A program made the position numbers and the translations under genes. 64,000 bases of DNA. Origin: Glaucostegus cemiculus. Its lineage: Eukaryota. The notes beneath the pieces are model-generated. The model was not told the DNA's origin, did no database searches, and was given only the letters and a program-made list of their open reading frames with translations. The DNA lies in the NCBI GenBank assembly GCA_976551045.1, contig CDPCPM010000029.1:6758001-6822000 (forward strand), in the 5' to 3' direction. Positions 49,741 through 62,860 of this stretch are shown in pieces. The number at the start of each line of letters is the position of its first letter. Positions within the stretch are counted from its first letter, which is position 1.

Positions 49741-50920
49741 GCTACAGCTCTGCCTTCAATACAATAATTCCAAGCAAGCGTGTCACCAAACTCCAAAACC
49801 TAAGACTCAACACCTCCCTCTACAACTGGATCCTTGACTTTCTAACATACAGACCGTAATCAGTGAGGATAGGCAGTAATACCTCTGGCACAATTATTCT
49901 CAACACTGGTGCCCCACAAGGCTGCGTCCTCAGCCCCCTACTCTACTCCCTATACACTCATGACTGTGTGGCCAGATTCTGCTCTAACTCCATCTACAAG
50001 TTTGCAGAAGATACCACCGTTGTAGGCTGTATCTCAAACAGCGATGAGTCGGAGTACAGGAAGGAGATAGAGAGCTTAGTGGAATGTTGTCATGACAACA
50101 ACCTTTCCCTCAATGTCAACAACACAAAAGAGTTGGTCATTGACTTCAAGAAAGGGGGCAGAGTTCATGCACCTGTCTACATCAATGGTGCTGAGGTTGA
50201 GAGGGTTCAAGTTCCTGGGTGTGAACATCACTAACAGCCTGTTCTGGTCAAATCACGTAGATGCACAGTCAAGAAAGCTCACCTGCGCCTCTACTTTCTT
50301 AGGAGGCTAAAGAAATTTGGCTTTTCCCCTCTGACTCTCATCAACTTTTATTGATGCACCATAGAAAGCATCTTATCTGGATGTATCACGGCTTGGTATG
50401 GCAACTGCTCTGCCCAGGACCGCAAGAAGCTGAGTTGTGGACACAGCCCAGTGCATCACGGATACCAGCCTCCCCTCCTTGCACCTCTTTACCTCTTGTT
50501 GTCTTGGTGTAGCAACCAGCATAATCAAAGACCCCACCCAGCCAGGACATTCTCTCTCCTCTCCTCTTCCATCGGGTAGAAGATACAGGAGCCTGAGGGC
50601 ACGTACCACCAGACTTAAGGACAGCTTCTACCCCACTTTGACAACTATTGAACGGTTCCCTTATACAATGAGATGGACTATGACCTCACGATCTACCTTG
50701 TTGTGACCTTGCACCTTATTGCACTGCACTTTCTCTGTAGCTGTGACACTTTACTCTGTACTGTTACTGTTTTAACCTGCACTACATCAATGCACTTTAT
50801 ACTAACTCAATGTAACTGCACTGTGTAATGAATTGACCTGTACAATCAGTTTGTAAGGCAAGCTTTTCACTGTACCTCGGTACGTGACAATAATAAACCA
50901 ATACCAATACTAATACCAAT
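49741..50920 (+). mobile_element. Rex1/Babar LINE, 5'-truncated, second subfamily, inserted into a SINE head (about 49700-49740)
   Basis: [59 protein letters not shown]; (ATACCA)n tail rather than (GATTCT)n. Confidence 0.95.
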
Positions 50921-51614
50921 GCAGTGTTTGAAACCATCTCCAATCAATCCTGATAAGTGGGATCAGCATTTGTGGTTGATTTTCAGCAGAATACACATGT
51001 CCATTGGGTGTGGATGCTTTCTCTTCCTTGCATGCATTGCAAGAATGATCATTTTATCGGCTAGTATATGGGTAATGATGGCCAGAGAAGGATTGTCTAC
51101 ACAGGTGTCAAATTATTAATAAGCTTGTGAATCCTTTCACTTCTTCACTGAATTCTCCAAGGAAATTGTGGAAGAATGGAAAATAACAGCAAAGTACTGA
51201 AAGCTGCAGAGTGCAGGAGAGCTGAACGTTGAAGCTGTCAGGTGGAAGGAATGAGAAGCTTTCATAGCCATCTGTAGTTTGCTCTACTGCAGGCTAAGAG
51301 ATTTAGTGTACTCAAGATCTGGTGATATTAAAGTATAAAACCTGGACAGTTTACAAAGATTCTTCAGTGAAAGCAGCAAAATTCTCATGGTGAGGTCAAA
51401 ATTGGTGGTGAAACAAGATCCATAGTTTATAAATCTTGTCAACTGCACATCAAATTCTGATCCAGCCTCGTGGACATTTCTTTGCCCCTTTTATCTTATC
51501 AGCAGTGTGGGTATGCATCTGACAGGTATGAATTCATCAGATTAAAGTTTAATGGAATATCATCACCTGAAACATTATCGCTGTTTCTCTCTCCAGAGAT
51601 TTTTTAAAATTTGT

Positions 51615-54600
51615 TCACTTTTTTCAGGACCTGGGTTTTGCTGGAAAAGCTAGCCTTCATTGCACATCCCTAATTGTCCCTGAGAAGATGGAGGTGAGCT
51701 GCCTTCTTGAACTGCAGGCATCCTTCTGGTGAATGTACTCCCACAGTGCGATTGGAGAGGGAGTTCCAGAACTTGGATACAGCAATGATGAAGCACCAGC
51801 AATATATTTCCAAATCAGGATGATGTATAATTTGAAGTGAAGTCCATAGGTAGTGCTGCTTCCATGAACCTGCTGCCCTGGCTCTTCTTGGTTGTTGAGG
51901 TCAAGGATGTGGGAGTTCCTGCCAGAGTCATCATTTTGCAAGTGATACAGACTACAACCACCATGTGCCAGTGGTGGAAGGAATGACTGCTTTGGCTGGT
52001 AGATCAGATACTAATTTAGCAGGCTATTTTGACTTGAATGGTGAGAAGTTCCTTGATAGTTGTTTGAGTGCACTCACCCAGGCCAATGTGGAGAAGTCTA
52101 CCATGGTCCTAACCTGTGCCTTGGAGATGGTGGCCAGCAGCAGTTGTCAGGTCTCTGGCACTGTAACCAGCTTGGAGGGAAAGGGTGTAGTCAGACAGGG
52201 CGATAGTGATAGGAGACTCAATAGTGAGGGGAGCATTCTGTGACCACATGCCAGGATGGTGTGTTGCTTCCTAGGTGTCAGGGTCAAATATGTCTCTGAG
52301 CTGCTGCAGAAAATTCTTGAGGGAGAGGGTGTACAGTTAGAGGTCGTTGTACATGTTGGTACAAACAACATAGGTAGAACAAGGCATGAGGTCCTGTAGA
52401 ATGAATATAGGGAGTTAGGTAAGAAGTTAAGAAGCAGGACCTCGAGGGCAGTGATCTCTGGATTACTCCTGGTGCCATGTATTAGTGAGGTCAGAAATAG
52501 GATAGGCCAGATGAATTCATGGCTGAGGAGCTGGTTCAGGGGGCAGGGATTCAGGTTCTTGGACCACTGGGATTTCTTCTGGGTAGAGGCGACCTGTAGA
52601 AGAGGGATAAGTTGCACTTGAACCAGAGAGGGACCAATATCCTTGCAGGGAAATTTGCTAATGCTACACAGGAGGGTTTAAACCAGATTGGCAGGGCAGG
52701 GTGGGACACTGAGCAGGAGCAAGTCATGGGATAAAACAGTAGCCAGCGAGAGCAAGTTTAGTAATCAGGATAGCCAGGGGCACAGTAAAGGTAGGGAAAG
52801 GAATATCCAGTTAAACTGTATTTATTTCAATGCATGAGGTTTAACAAGTACAGCAAATGAACTCAGAGTGTGGGTTGGCTCTGAGGACTGGGATTTTATA
52901 ACCATAACAGAAATATGGCTGAGAGAAGGGCAGGATTGGCAACTCAATGTTCCAGGATACAGATGCTACAGGCATGACAGAGGTACAGGTGGGTGAAGAG
53001 TGGTTAGGGAGGACATAACAGCAGCACTTAGATATGACATTTTTGGGGGATCGTCCAGTGAGGCCATATGGGTAGAATTTAGAAACAAGAAGGGGAGGGT
53101 CACTCTAGTGGGGCTGTATTATGGACCCCCCAGTAGTCAGTTGGAACTAGTGGAGATGTTTTAAAGAAAATTCATCTGACCTGGGAGGAGATATTTTCAG
53201 CTTCACAGCGATTAAGGTGGATAACTCCCAAGGATCTGACCAAGGGCATCCTCAGACTTTGTGGGAGGCTAGAGGAGAAATTGCAGAGGCCCTTGCAGAG
53301 ATATTTGCTTCATCGTTAGCCACTGGTAAAGTTCCCGAAGACTGGGAAGTAGATAATGTTGTTCCATTGTTTAAGAAGGGTGGCGAGGACAAGCCAGGGA
53401 ACTGCAGTCCTTCAGTAGTGGGGAAGTTGCTGGAGGGAATTCTGCAGCATTTGCAATAGACAGAGTCTGATCAGGGGGAGTCAGCATGGCTTTGTGCATG
53501 GAAAGTTCTGCTTGACGAACCTTTCAGAGTTTTTTGAAGAGGTAATCAGAAAGGTAGATGAGCGTAGGGCAGTGGATATTATCTATTTGGACTTTAGCAA
53601 GGCCTTTGACAAGTTTCCACATGGTAGGCTGGTCTGGAAGGTTAGGTCCCATGGAATCCAGGGAGAATTAGTCAGGTGGATTCAAAATTGGCTCGGAGAT
53701 AGGAAGCAGAGGGTGGTGGCTGAAGGTTGTTTCTCGGAATGGAGACTGGTGACTGGTGGTGCACCACAGGAATCAGTGTTGGGACCCTTGTTATTCGTTA
53801 TTTATATAAATGGTTTGGATGCGAATGTGCAAGTCTTGATCAGTAAGTTGCGGATGACATGAAATTAGGAGGTGTTGTTGATAGTGAAGAAGATTATCGT
53901 AGATAACAGAGGAATCTTGATCAGCTAGGGAAATGGACCAAGGAATGGCAAATGGACTTCAATACAAATAAGTATGAGGTGATGCATTTTGGAAAGTCAA
54001 ACTGGCATAGGACTTGTACTATGAATGGTAGGGCGGGAGGGAGTGTAATGGGACAGAGGGACCTCGGAGTAAAAGTGCATAATTTATTGAAGATGGCATT
54101 GCAGGTAGACAGGATGGTGAAAAAAGCGTTTTGTTTGCTGGCCTTCATCAGTCAGGGCATTGAGTATCGGTGTTGAGACATTATGTTGCAGTTGTATAAG
54201 TTGTTGGTGAGGCCACACTTGGAGTGCCGAGTACAGTTTTGGTCACCCTGTTATAGGAAAGATGTGGTTAAACTGGAAAGAGTGCAGAAAAGATTTGCAA
54301 GGATGTTGCCAGGACTAGAGGCCCTGAGTTATAGGGAGAGGTTGGCCAGACTAGGTCATTATTCCTTGGAATGTAGGAGAATGAGGGAAACCCTTATAAA
54401 AATGTTTAAAATTATGAGAGGCATAGATAAGGTGGACAGTAACAGTCTTTTCTCCAGGGTAGGGGAGTCCAAAACTAGGGGGCATAGATTTAGGGTGAGA
54501 GGGGAAATATTTAAAAGGGACCTTGGGTGCAACTTTTTCACACAGAAGGTGCTGAGTATGTGGAATGAGCTGCCAGTGGAAGTGGTTGAGGCAGAACATT

Positions 54601-55560
54601 GGGACTAGCTGTGTGGGCACTGTGGTCAGCATGAAATTGTTGGGCTGAAGGGCCTATGTCCATGCTGTATTACTCTATGACTCTCTGGTGAAAAAGCTTT
54701 TGATCTTGTAGCCATTGTATTCACGTGGCTAGATCCATTGAGTTTCTGATCAATTGTGACTCCTAGCTAGTTGATGGTGGGGGATTTGGCAATGGTAATG
54801 CCACTAAATGTCAAAAGTAGATTGTTAGACTCTCTCTTGTTGGCTGTTTTGGTGGCATGAAGGTTACTTGCCACTTCACAGCTTAAGCCAGAATATATTT
54901 TTGGTCTTGTTGCATGCAGTCATGGACTGGTTCATTTCTGAGGAGTTGCATATAGAATTGAACATAGTGCAATCATCAGCAATTATCCCCACTTCTGATG
55001 GAAGAAGGATCATTGTTTGAAGGAGCTGAAGATTGTTAGGCCTAGAACACTGCCCTGAGGTACTCCTGCATTGATGTCCTTGGGGTTGGGATGATCAACT
55101 TCCAAGCCACAAAATCTTTCTTAATATGGATTATGACCCTACCCATTGGGGTACTTTCTCATTGAAGACCATTGACTTTGGTATTACCAGAACACCTTAA
55201 TGCCACATTGAGTCAAATGCTGTCTTGATTCTTAGGGTAATCTCTTCCACTTCTCCTCTGGAATTCAGCTCTCTGGTAACACGATTTGGTACATGGGTGA
55301 GTTAGTGCTGAGGCAGCACTGTCAACAACACCTTCCATCATTTTGGCCAGGACTGACAGTAGACTGTCCAGTTGTTGGCCAGATAGGATTTGTCCTACTT
55401 TTCGTGAACATGACGTACTTGGCCAGTTTTCCAAATTGATAGCAATGTTGTAGGACATGCCTGGCTAGAAGTGTCGCCACCTCTAAAGTGCAGGTCTTAA
55501 GTTCAATACCTGAGATGTTGAGACCTAACATTGCCTTTCGTGGTCTCAGCCAATGCTGAA
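51615..55560 (-). mobile_element. Ancient CR1/L2-group LINE (51615-52140 and 54690-55560) hosting a CR1
   Basis: Reversed family 3' end ATTGCACATCCCTAATTGTCCCTGAGAAGATGG; minus-strand remnants SLLSVLAKMMEGVVDS and QDSI. Confidence 0.8.
52141..54685 (+). mobile_element. CR1 LINE with ORF1 (SGNH/GDSL esterase) remnant and internally deleted ORF2
   Basis: ORF1 (about 52197-52690): AIVIGDSIVRG, VHVGTNNIG, DKLHLN. ORF2: LNCIYFNA, ITEIWL, then a jump near 53150-53200 into the RT region (VPEDW, YLDFSKAFD, GAPQESVLGP, VQFWSP). (CTATGACT) tail. Confidence 0.95.
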
Positions 55561-56981
55561 CAATTTGCTGGTTCTGTTTTCCTTCCATCAAGTATGCCTA
55601 TGATTAGCTGTGAAGATGTCTTGTTATGAGTTACCTTAAATACTCTCTTGAGTATAGTAGAGGAGGTTGCTCCTGTCAGTTAGCCAAGTAGATCATCTCT
55701 TATAGTGTGCTCACACTACTCCTTTACTGGAGGATAATGTATTAATAGCATCCCTTTGTGATTTGAGGAGGATATTCATGTTTTTCATCATCAATTTTGT
55801 CTCTGTGAAGATGAAATAATATCAGATGCAAATTGCTAAGTCTTTGTTTTTCACAGCACTTGACAGCTCGGTGCAACTGAATGGAAATGATTTGATTCAT
55901 TAATTTCAGTTAATACAACTAAGCGCTATGTAACTGTACAAAATAATAAATTTAATAAGCTTCCTCACTGGGTTAGAGATGATAAGGATGGAATGAGGCA
56001 CAGAAAGATTTCAAAGCTAAGATAAATATACCGAGTTTTAATTATATTGGTGACTTAGAATTGCTTCAATTTAAATATAATTTTAGCAAAGATATTTGAG
56101 AAAATATATTTGAAAATTAAAGTTAAGTGCATTTAATTATTGTATCTTTAGTCAGTACAATTATGACTCAGCTTTTTACTTTTTAATTGCCCTTTGCATG
56201 ATAGTTTTTACGTAAGGGATTAAATGAAAGAATAGAACAAAAAGTTTTGCTCCCAAAAGGCTGTTGCATATTAAGTATTTTGATATCCAGTAAAACTCAG
56301 TAATCCAATTTCACATGACCTCTAAGAATTTCTGCAAGATGAAAACATTCATCCTTTTTTGTGTTCGGAACAAAATCTAGGAGAATAATAAACAGAAAAA
56401 AGAAGAAACATAATAAAACTTCCCACGCGTCAAATATATTTGCCTGAGGTGGTAGCAATTCAGAATGACAATTCCTAACTTAAATAAAAAATAATTATTT
56501 CATTTGTTCAAGCTGTGTTGTAGTTATTGATATGCTAAAACTGGGTTGAGATACCATGATGGCTTTTCACAAGAAAACAATTTTGAACTAATTAATTTTC
56601 TCAATCAGAGTTTATGACAGGTGTTTCTCACTGAATCAGACTCATGAAAATATTCTTCCTAAGACCCACTTTCTATTATCTGAAACTTACATTGACCAAG
56701 GGTGCTTTTGAAAGCAAATTGCATGCATAATTAAAATTAATAATGCCATTTAAATTGTAAATGTGAAAATCTTCATATTCAAAGTCATCCCATCAGCATA
56801 TATTTTCTGTCTGCCCTCCAAGCAATGGGAGTTGGGTGGTGTATAATTAGCACATGCCTAAGTGTAATGTTTTGATCCTGACTCAATTTCAAGGGTCAGA
56901 TTGAATTAAATATTATGGGTGACTGCTTGCAGGAATAATTTGCCCAATTGGAAACTTGCCTGATTATTGGTTTTGTTGCAG

Positions 56982-57085
56982 GCTTTAAAGATGTCTAACA
57001 CCTTGAAGAGGAAGGTCTTGTTTTTTATGTCAGGATTGTGCCTGTAGGAAGCTGGAACTAACTAGATAAATTAAACTGAAATAAA
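56982..57085 (+). CDS. Weak candidate terminal exon: ALKMSNTLKRKVLFFMSGLCL* plus AATAAA
   Basis: Acceptor TTTTGTTGCAG; the phase-0 frame ends at TAG 57045-57047; AATAAA at 57080-57085. Could easily be chance. Confidence 0.15.
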
Positions 57086-57169
57086 ACCAGCTTGGGACTC
57101 CACTATTTTTCCATGAACCAGCAAAGAATTGGTGGAAGTAAACGGTTTCTATTCAGGACAGATTATCAT

Positions 57170-58165
57170 CAATTACTCAATGAATCACAGAACATTTACC
57201 ATCCAACCCATTAGTTTTGTAACCTTCTTTGCTCCGATGGAAAACAACACTGGCTTTTCCAGTTCAACTTTGTCAACTACTCCATGGAAATTTTCCAGTA
57301 AATCTCTTCTGAACATTTTTTAGTACTCTCATGTCCTTTCTTAAATATGATGTCTAAAATCAGATGCAAAATTCTAGCTGTGGCCTAATTGTCATTTTAT
57401 AAGGTTCAATATAATCCAGCTTTTGTTCCCTCTGTTTCTGTTTAAGAATCAGGTTCACCTGAGCTGTAACAACTGCTCTTTCAACATGTCCTGCCACTTA
57501 CAGAGATTTTTACGCATAAGTCAGGTCTCTGTTCCAGCACACCCTTTGCATTTATCCCATTTAATCTACATTGTATCTCCTCATTTTTCATGCCAAAATG
57601 TTATACTTCATTATTCCTGACATTGAAGTTTTAGCTGTTATTCGTCTGCTCAATCAGCCAGCCATTTCTGTCTATTTGTGGTCTATTACTATCATCCTCA
57701 TTGCTTACAGCTCCTCCAAGTTCATTGTTATTTACAAATTATGAAATTTTACTCTGCACATTCATATCTAAGTCATAAACATATATCATAAAGACATGCA
57801 TCTATCACTGACCTTTGGGAGAAACTGTCTATCATCCTTCAGCCTGAAAAAAAATTCTTTACAGGTGATGCCCACCTTACAACAGTTCTGGTAATGAAAC
57901 TTTGCCCTTACAGAACTCACTAATCACTCCTAAAAACGCTTAGATATGGAATAAAAATTAATTCTCACGGAATTTATGTGTCAATTTTTATTTTATTTTC
58001 AGCTCACGTTTCTTGGCACATGCGCAGATGATGTGGCTTCGTGTTATGGTAAATCATGATACGAATGGTTTTCTGGGAATGCAACCCCCACCCTCTGTAA
58101 CGCAGGGGTCACCTGTACAGTGACTTTCTTCTTTCTGTCTTTGATCCAACGTTATATACTTATTG
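57170..58165 (-). mobile_element. Old CR1 RT fragment interrupted by a MITE
   Basis: Degenerate reverse complement of the CR1 RT (AAATTCTAGCTGTGGCCTAA; ATTTACAAATTATGAAAT...ATCTAAGTCATAAACATA). Confidence 0.6.
57862..58115. mobile_element. Tigger/pogo-like MITE (254 bp)
   Basis: TIRs CAGGTGATGCCCACCTTACA (left) and CAGGTGACCCCTGCGTTACA (right, reverse complement); TA on both sides (57860-57861, 58116-58117). Confidence 0.8.
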
Positions 58166-58409
58166 TCACTGACTCCTTCACTGACTTCTCTCACTGGGAG
58201 CAGTCTCCTTCCACATTCTCTGCTTTGCTTACCCAGCACAAATCCTTCCATGTGATGTAATGCATAACTCCATGGAATACTGCACGTCACCTTGTATGAT
58301 AATTAGACTCTGTCACCTCTTACACTGTTGTAGAAGGAGACACATAAAGAAGATGATGTGACACAGAGATGCAAAATATTGCCATTATCTTGAATGAACT
58401 AACATTGTA

Positions 58410-59335
58410 CTTTTCTGTGGGTGTTACCTTCTTTTTCGATGGTCCCTTTGGGTTAAGAATAACTTGCTTCCACAGACTCTGCCACAGATGGGGAAGGAGG
58501 TGCTTGCTGGAGTGTGTAGTTTGGAAGTTGGTGCGCTCCTTCTGTCATTTACACTGGGAATCTGCAAACTGCTGATAAAGAGACTCAAGGCCCTTGGTGC
58601 CATTCTGGGTATTCTTTCTCCACATTGATTGGTCATGCATCAGAGATTCCCATGAGTTGGTGGGAATGTTACACTTTCTCAACAAGGCTTTGGGAATGTT
58701 TTGTCGAGGCTTTGTCCATCCACTTAGCAATTACTTGCTGTGACAGAGCAGAATGCCGACTTCAGGAGTCCAATTTTGGATATGTATGCATCAGAGGCAA
58801 CTGAGATTGGTGAAAACCTTGGTGCTGTGGATGTTACCCTGGAAAGGTACACTGACACTAGTTCACCTTTTATGTCAGTGGATTTAGAGAGTTTTGCAGA
58901 GACAGTGCTGGTGGTACTTATCCAGAGCTTTTAGGTGCCAGTTGTATGTAGTCTATGTGTCTGGAGTGTACAACAGTGTAGTGTGAAAGGTCATGGCTGT
59001 TATGTGACTGTGACAACACTGACCCCTCTGGCTGGGATCACGCCATTGAGCACCCATCCATTAGTACACACCATGATCATTGGGCCTATGTAAATATCTG
59101 TTGTACCTGGCCATGGCCCATTGGACATTTTTGAATCACCTAGGCTGGCTCCACCCAGCTCTCCAGCACTATAAAAAGTGCTGCATGTGCTGGATCTCCC
59201 TCTCCCTTTCCCCCTCTGTGCACTTCTTCAGGGTAGATAGTTAAAGATCTTGGGGAGTGTTAGAGCCAATGTTTGTCCAGATTCAAGGTGTTCAGACATT
59301 GTATTGTTTATTCCTTGATCATTTGTAACTAGTTC

Positions 59336-59376
<41 letters not shown>

Positions 59377-60050
59377 ATCTCACCCCTGTTGCGATTTCCC
59401 CCACCTCTTGAGATCACTCGCATGCAAGTGTGCATCTGTTCCCATCCATTCTGTCCCGGTGTTTGTAAATAAATATTCCCTTTTTAAAATACAAAGACTG
59501 TGTGTCCAGATACCTCTATCTTTGAGATCCAAAAAAACCTTTCTCATAACAAACAGAACACAGGTCACTGCTGCCTGGTAGACCATGAGCTTTCTTCTGG
59601 ATTGAGACCTTGATCTTCAGATCCTTCAGGTGGCCAAGGACTGTGCTACTGACAGAAGTTGTTGAATTTCATCAGTGATCTTAGTCTTTACTGAGAGATG
59701 ACTCTTGAGATTTCAGAAGTGCTTCCTGTTTTCCTGAGTCTTTATTACAGGGGGCAGTGTTGTGCACAAGGGACAGTTTGGTAGAGGACCTTTGTCCAAT
59801 GGATGTAAAGGCCTATTTTCACATGTACATCTGTGAATGAGTCAACAATAACTTGAAGCTCAGCTCCAAATGTGAGCATATGCAAGCATTGTCTGTGCAC
59901 TGCAGCCCAATGACTGAGGTTGTGGTGGCCTTGATGGTGGAGTGGAGGTAATGTAGTTTGAACAAGTTCCCATTCATCCTGCAGAGTAGCTCTATTCCAG
60001 CAGAAATCTTGTCAGAAGTGAGGTGTGATATCAGGGCAAGAAGACAAACA
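58410..60050 (-). mobile_element. RTE-clade LINE 3' fragment split by a solo LTR
   Basis: KALLRKCNIPTNSWESL..DQSMWR; reversed KLMVYQAAV. Confidence 0.8.
58977..59551 (+). mobile_element. Solo LTR (575 bp) containing a (TG)n microsatellite
   Basis: TGTAG...ATAACA termini; perfect 5-bp TSD AACAG (58972-58976, 59552-59556); TATAAAAA near 59170, AATAAA near 59468; (TG)n at 59338-59373. Confidence 0.9.
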
Positions 60051-60329
60051 ATCTGGTGGGAGTCAGGACTGCAGTCTATAGCTACAACTTTTTAATGAGC
60101 CAGCAGTGTACTTTTCTATATCCATCAAATATTGGAGATGGTGACTGTTTTCTGGGAATAGAGCATGTTTTCCTGTACAAATTGTTCCAGAATGAACTAC
60201 AATGCATTGTTACAGTGATAGATTCAGAGATCCTGCACAGTAGCAGTGTGAAGCAATAGCTCAAGCTATCTTGGTGCAATGACTGACACTCCTAGCTCTG
60301 GAAACACTGTGATTTGAAGGAAAAATTGT

Positions 60330-60800
60330 ATCCTTTCACTGTCACTGCAGATTGGCCTGGTGAATAGAAATGTTAATTGTTCATTCTGCCATACAAAGCA
60401 TCATTCACTATCCATTAGGAAAGTGATGGAAGAAGTTATTACTAATTCCATCAAGCTGTCCTTATTCACCAATAACATGATTACTGACACTCAGTTTGAG
60501 TTCTGCTCAAACCACTTAGTTAGAGCCCTTGATCCAAGCATGAATGCAGGAGATGGATGTTAGAGGAGACTGAAGAGCAAATGCCCCTGACTTTTAAGGC
60601 AAAAATTAAACGAATTGTGATGCCCGACTAAAACTGAATCATGGAGTTCAAGGAGGAAATCCTCCAGTGGCTGTAAATATATTTGACCTATTGGAAAACA
60701 ATCGTGATTATCAGATGGCATGATTCTTGGAGCTGTAGTCTCAGTCAAACTAACCTAAGTTGCTTCATCAGTCAGCAACAATGCTCTATCCAGGTTGAGA
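60330..60800 (+). mobile_element. Ancient CR1/L2-group LINE RT fragment
   Basis: SLSIRKVMEEVITNSIK...NNMITDTQFEF (ORF 60360-60563), an RT-like remnant. Confidence 0.65.
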
Positions 60801-62183
60801 GTAAAGGATCATAACCCTACCTATATGCCAGGCAATAGCAAAAGAAAATGAGAATGAGGTGTATGCATATACCATTTTAGCCTGTTACATCTGGCTGGCT
60901 GTTCAATAACAACATGTCAGGGCCAACTCAACTCCAACTTCCCTACTTTTCCTTTATGCAAAAAAAAAGATTTTTTAAAAGTAAACCCAAAAAAATGAGC
61001 ATCCACAGATTCACAACTCATTCTCTTTGTGCAAGCCTTAGATGGTTGGCCTGTTGCCCTGGGACATTTTCTTCAGCAAGATGAAAGTCTACTAAAGTCC
61101 TATTTCTTTTACGTTATGTTGCAATTATGAAGTACATTGCAATAATACTGAAAATGCAGAATATGGGAGAGAGCAACTAAAATGTTAAAAAGTAGATCAG
61201 CACAGTAGAAATCAAACATTAAATTACTTTAGCAGAATGAAAACCTATAATATTGTGTGACCTGCCCAAGTAGCACCACCTTTGGTACTTTTCTCCAATA
61301 TAGTATATTAGAATCATTGTAATATATATTATAGTTCATGAATAGGGCCAACATGAGCACAAATGTTATATATTTCTGTTCTTTCAGTCCTTGGGTAATC
61401 CTCATGTTGAGCAAAACCTGAAATGTACAAATGATCACATCACATCTTCAGGAACTAAGAGGTTCTCAGGAATTAAGTTTAACTGTCATTTTTCAGATTT
61501 AACTTGGCCTGAAATATGGTGAAGTCAGGTCATGGATTTCTTGAAATCCCTCCTCCAGTGGTGGTGACATTTCAAATGGCCTGGATTCCAAATACCATTT
61601 CATTAATTTCTGTAATGTGTCTCCTCCAACCTCAGAGCTAAAGTATTATCCCATTTATTAGTATAATGAAAACCATATACAGTTCAGACTAAAGAACCAG
61701 ATTTGGAACAATATATTTTCAGTTTCTATGATACAGCACACTCTGTTGAAAACTAAATTTCCTGTGGTAATTCATGATTCCTTTGTTGATACAGGAGATC
61801 TCAGTTGGGGATCTTAGCTTATGGCAGCTGAATGATAAATGATTTTACTGGCTTAAGTTTCTCAGTCCTGATCATTGCCTGGCAACTCCTGGAGAAGAGT
61901 TCACTGGGCACAGTGGGTGAGGACTGGATTGGCTTTGATTCTTATACCCTTTGTAGTTCCATAACTCACCATTACTTAGAAGGATCGATTGGACACTGCT
62001 AGTACTGCCCAAAAACAGAACAGGCAAACTTGATTAATTCGTGGCTATAGTTTCTATGGAAGCAGTATACCAAATTTGTGGTTCCCCTTCATTTAATGAT
62101 CGCTGCACGTAACCAACCCTGACCACTATGTTCATTGATTTGTTAACTCAGCAGAGAGCCCAGTTTCTTGTGTGACTACTTGC

Positions 62184-62186
<3 letters not shown>

Positions 62187-62221
<35 letters not shown>

Positions 62222-62300
62222 AGAGAGAGAGAGAAGGAGAGAGGGAAGGGAGGGGGATATGGAGAGGGAGAGGAAAGGGGAGAGGGATTGAGAGGGGAGA
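62187..62300. repeat. (GA)n microsatellite and polypurine tract
   Basis: Seen directly in the sequence. Confidence 0.95.
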
Positions 62301-62307
62301 CAGACAA

Positions 62308-62860
62308 CACTGACAGAAGTCCAAAGTAATCAAGACGTGTGATGTCTGCTTGGGATCAAGAAGCTCTCCAGGCTAATGTAGCAAAAGCATTGGGAAGAAT
62401 AGGTAAAATGGACAATGCCAGAAAGTATATTCCTTGCAATGGGGCAGGCAGTCAAAAACTTTGATAACTTGACACAAGTGGTCAAGGTCAGTGGCCGTAA
62501 TTACAAATTCCATATCCCAGCATCTGCACCACAAACGTCAGACACTACTCAATCCGCCACAACCTATCCCCCCTTTACCTGCAATCTGCTCCCATACCAA
62601 GTACACACATTCTCCAGTGCACTCACACACTTACAAGTCTCACACTCATGCTGCACAGCTTGCACACACTGTCTGCAATTCAGTCATGACAGCAGCCAAA
62701 CAAAGTCAGCAACAACCATTAACTTCCCTTTCTTGCAGGTGGAAGTAGTGTTTAATCTGAATGAGCAGCAGTTTACCAGGGGTATCAGGCAAGCCTGTAT
62801 CACTTTATCTCCATGGATGAGATCATGCTTTCTATATCTGGTGTGGTCCATGGCAGATCT
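62308..62860 (+). pseudogene. Fossil of a Harbinger-type Myb/SANT DNA-binding gene with a retained GT-AG intron (62487-62738)
   Basis: Exon 1: EVQSNQDV*...GIKKLSR..QKHWEE / DNAR / KNFDNLTQVVK|GTCAGT. Acceptor CTTCCCTTTCTTGCAG. Exon 2: VEVVFNLNEQQFTRG / SMDEIMLSISG. Resembles the recalled Myb/SANT-like pattern WEEVA..VNAR...KKFNDL.RVVK | KVAHN.R....TGGG. Confidence 0.6.
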
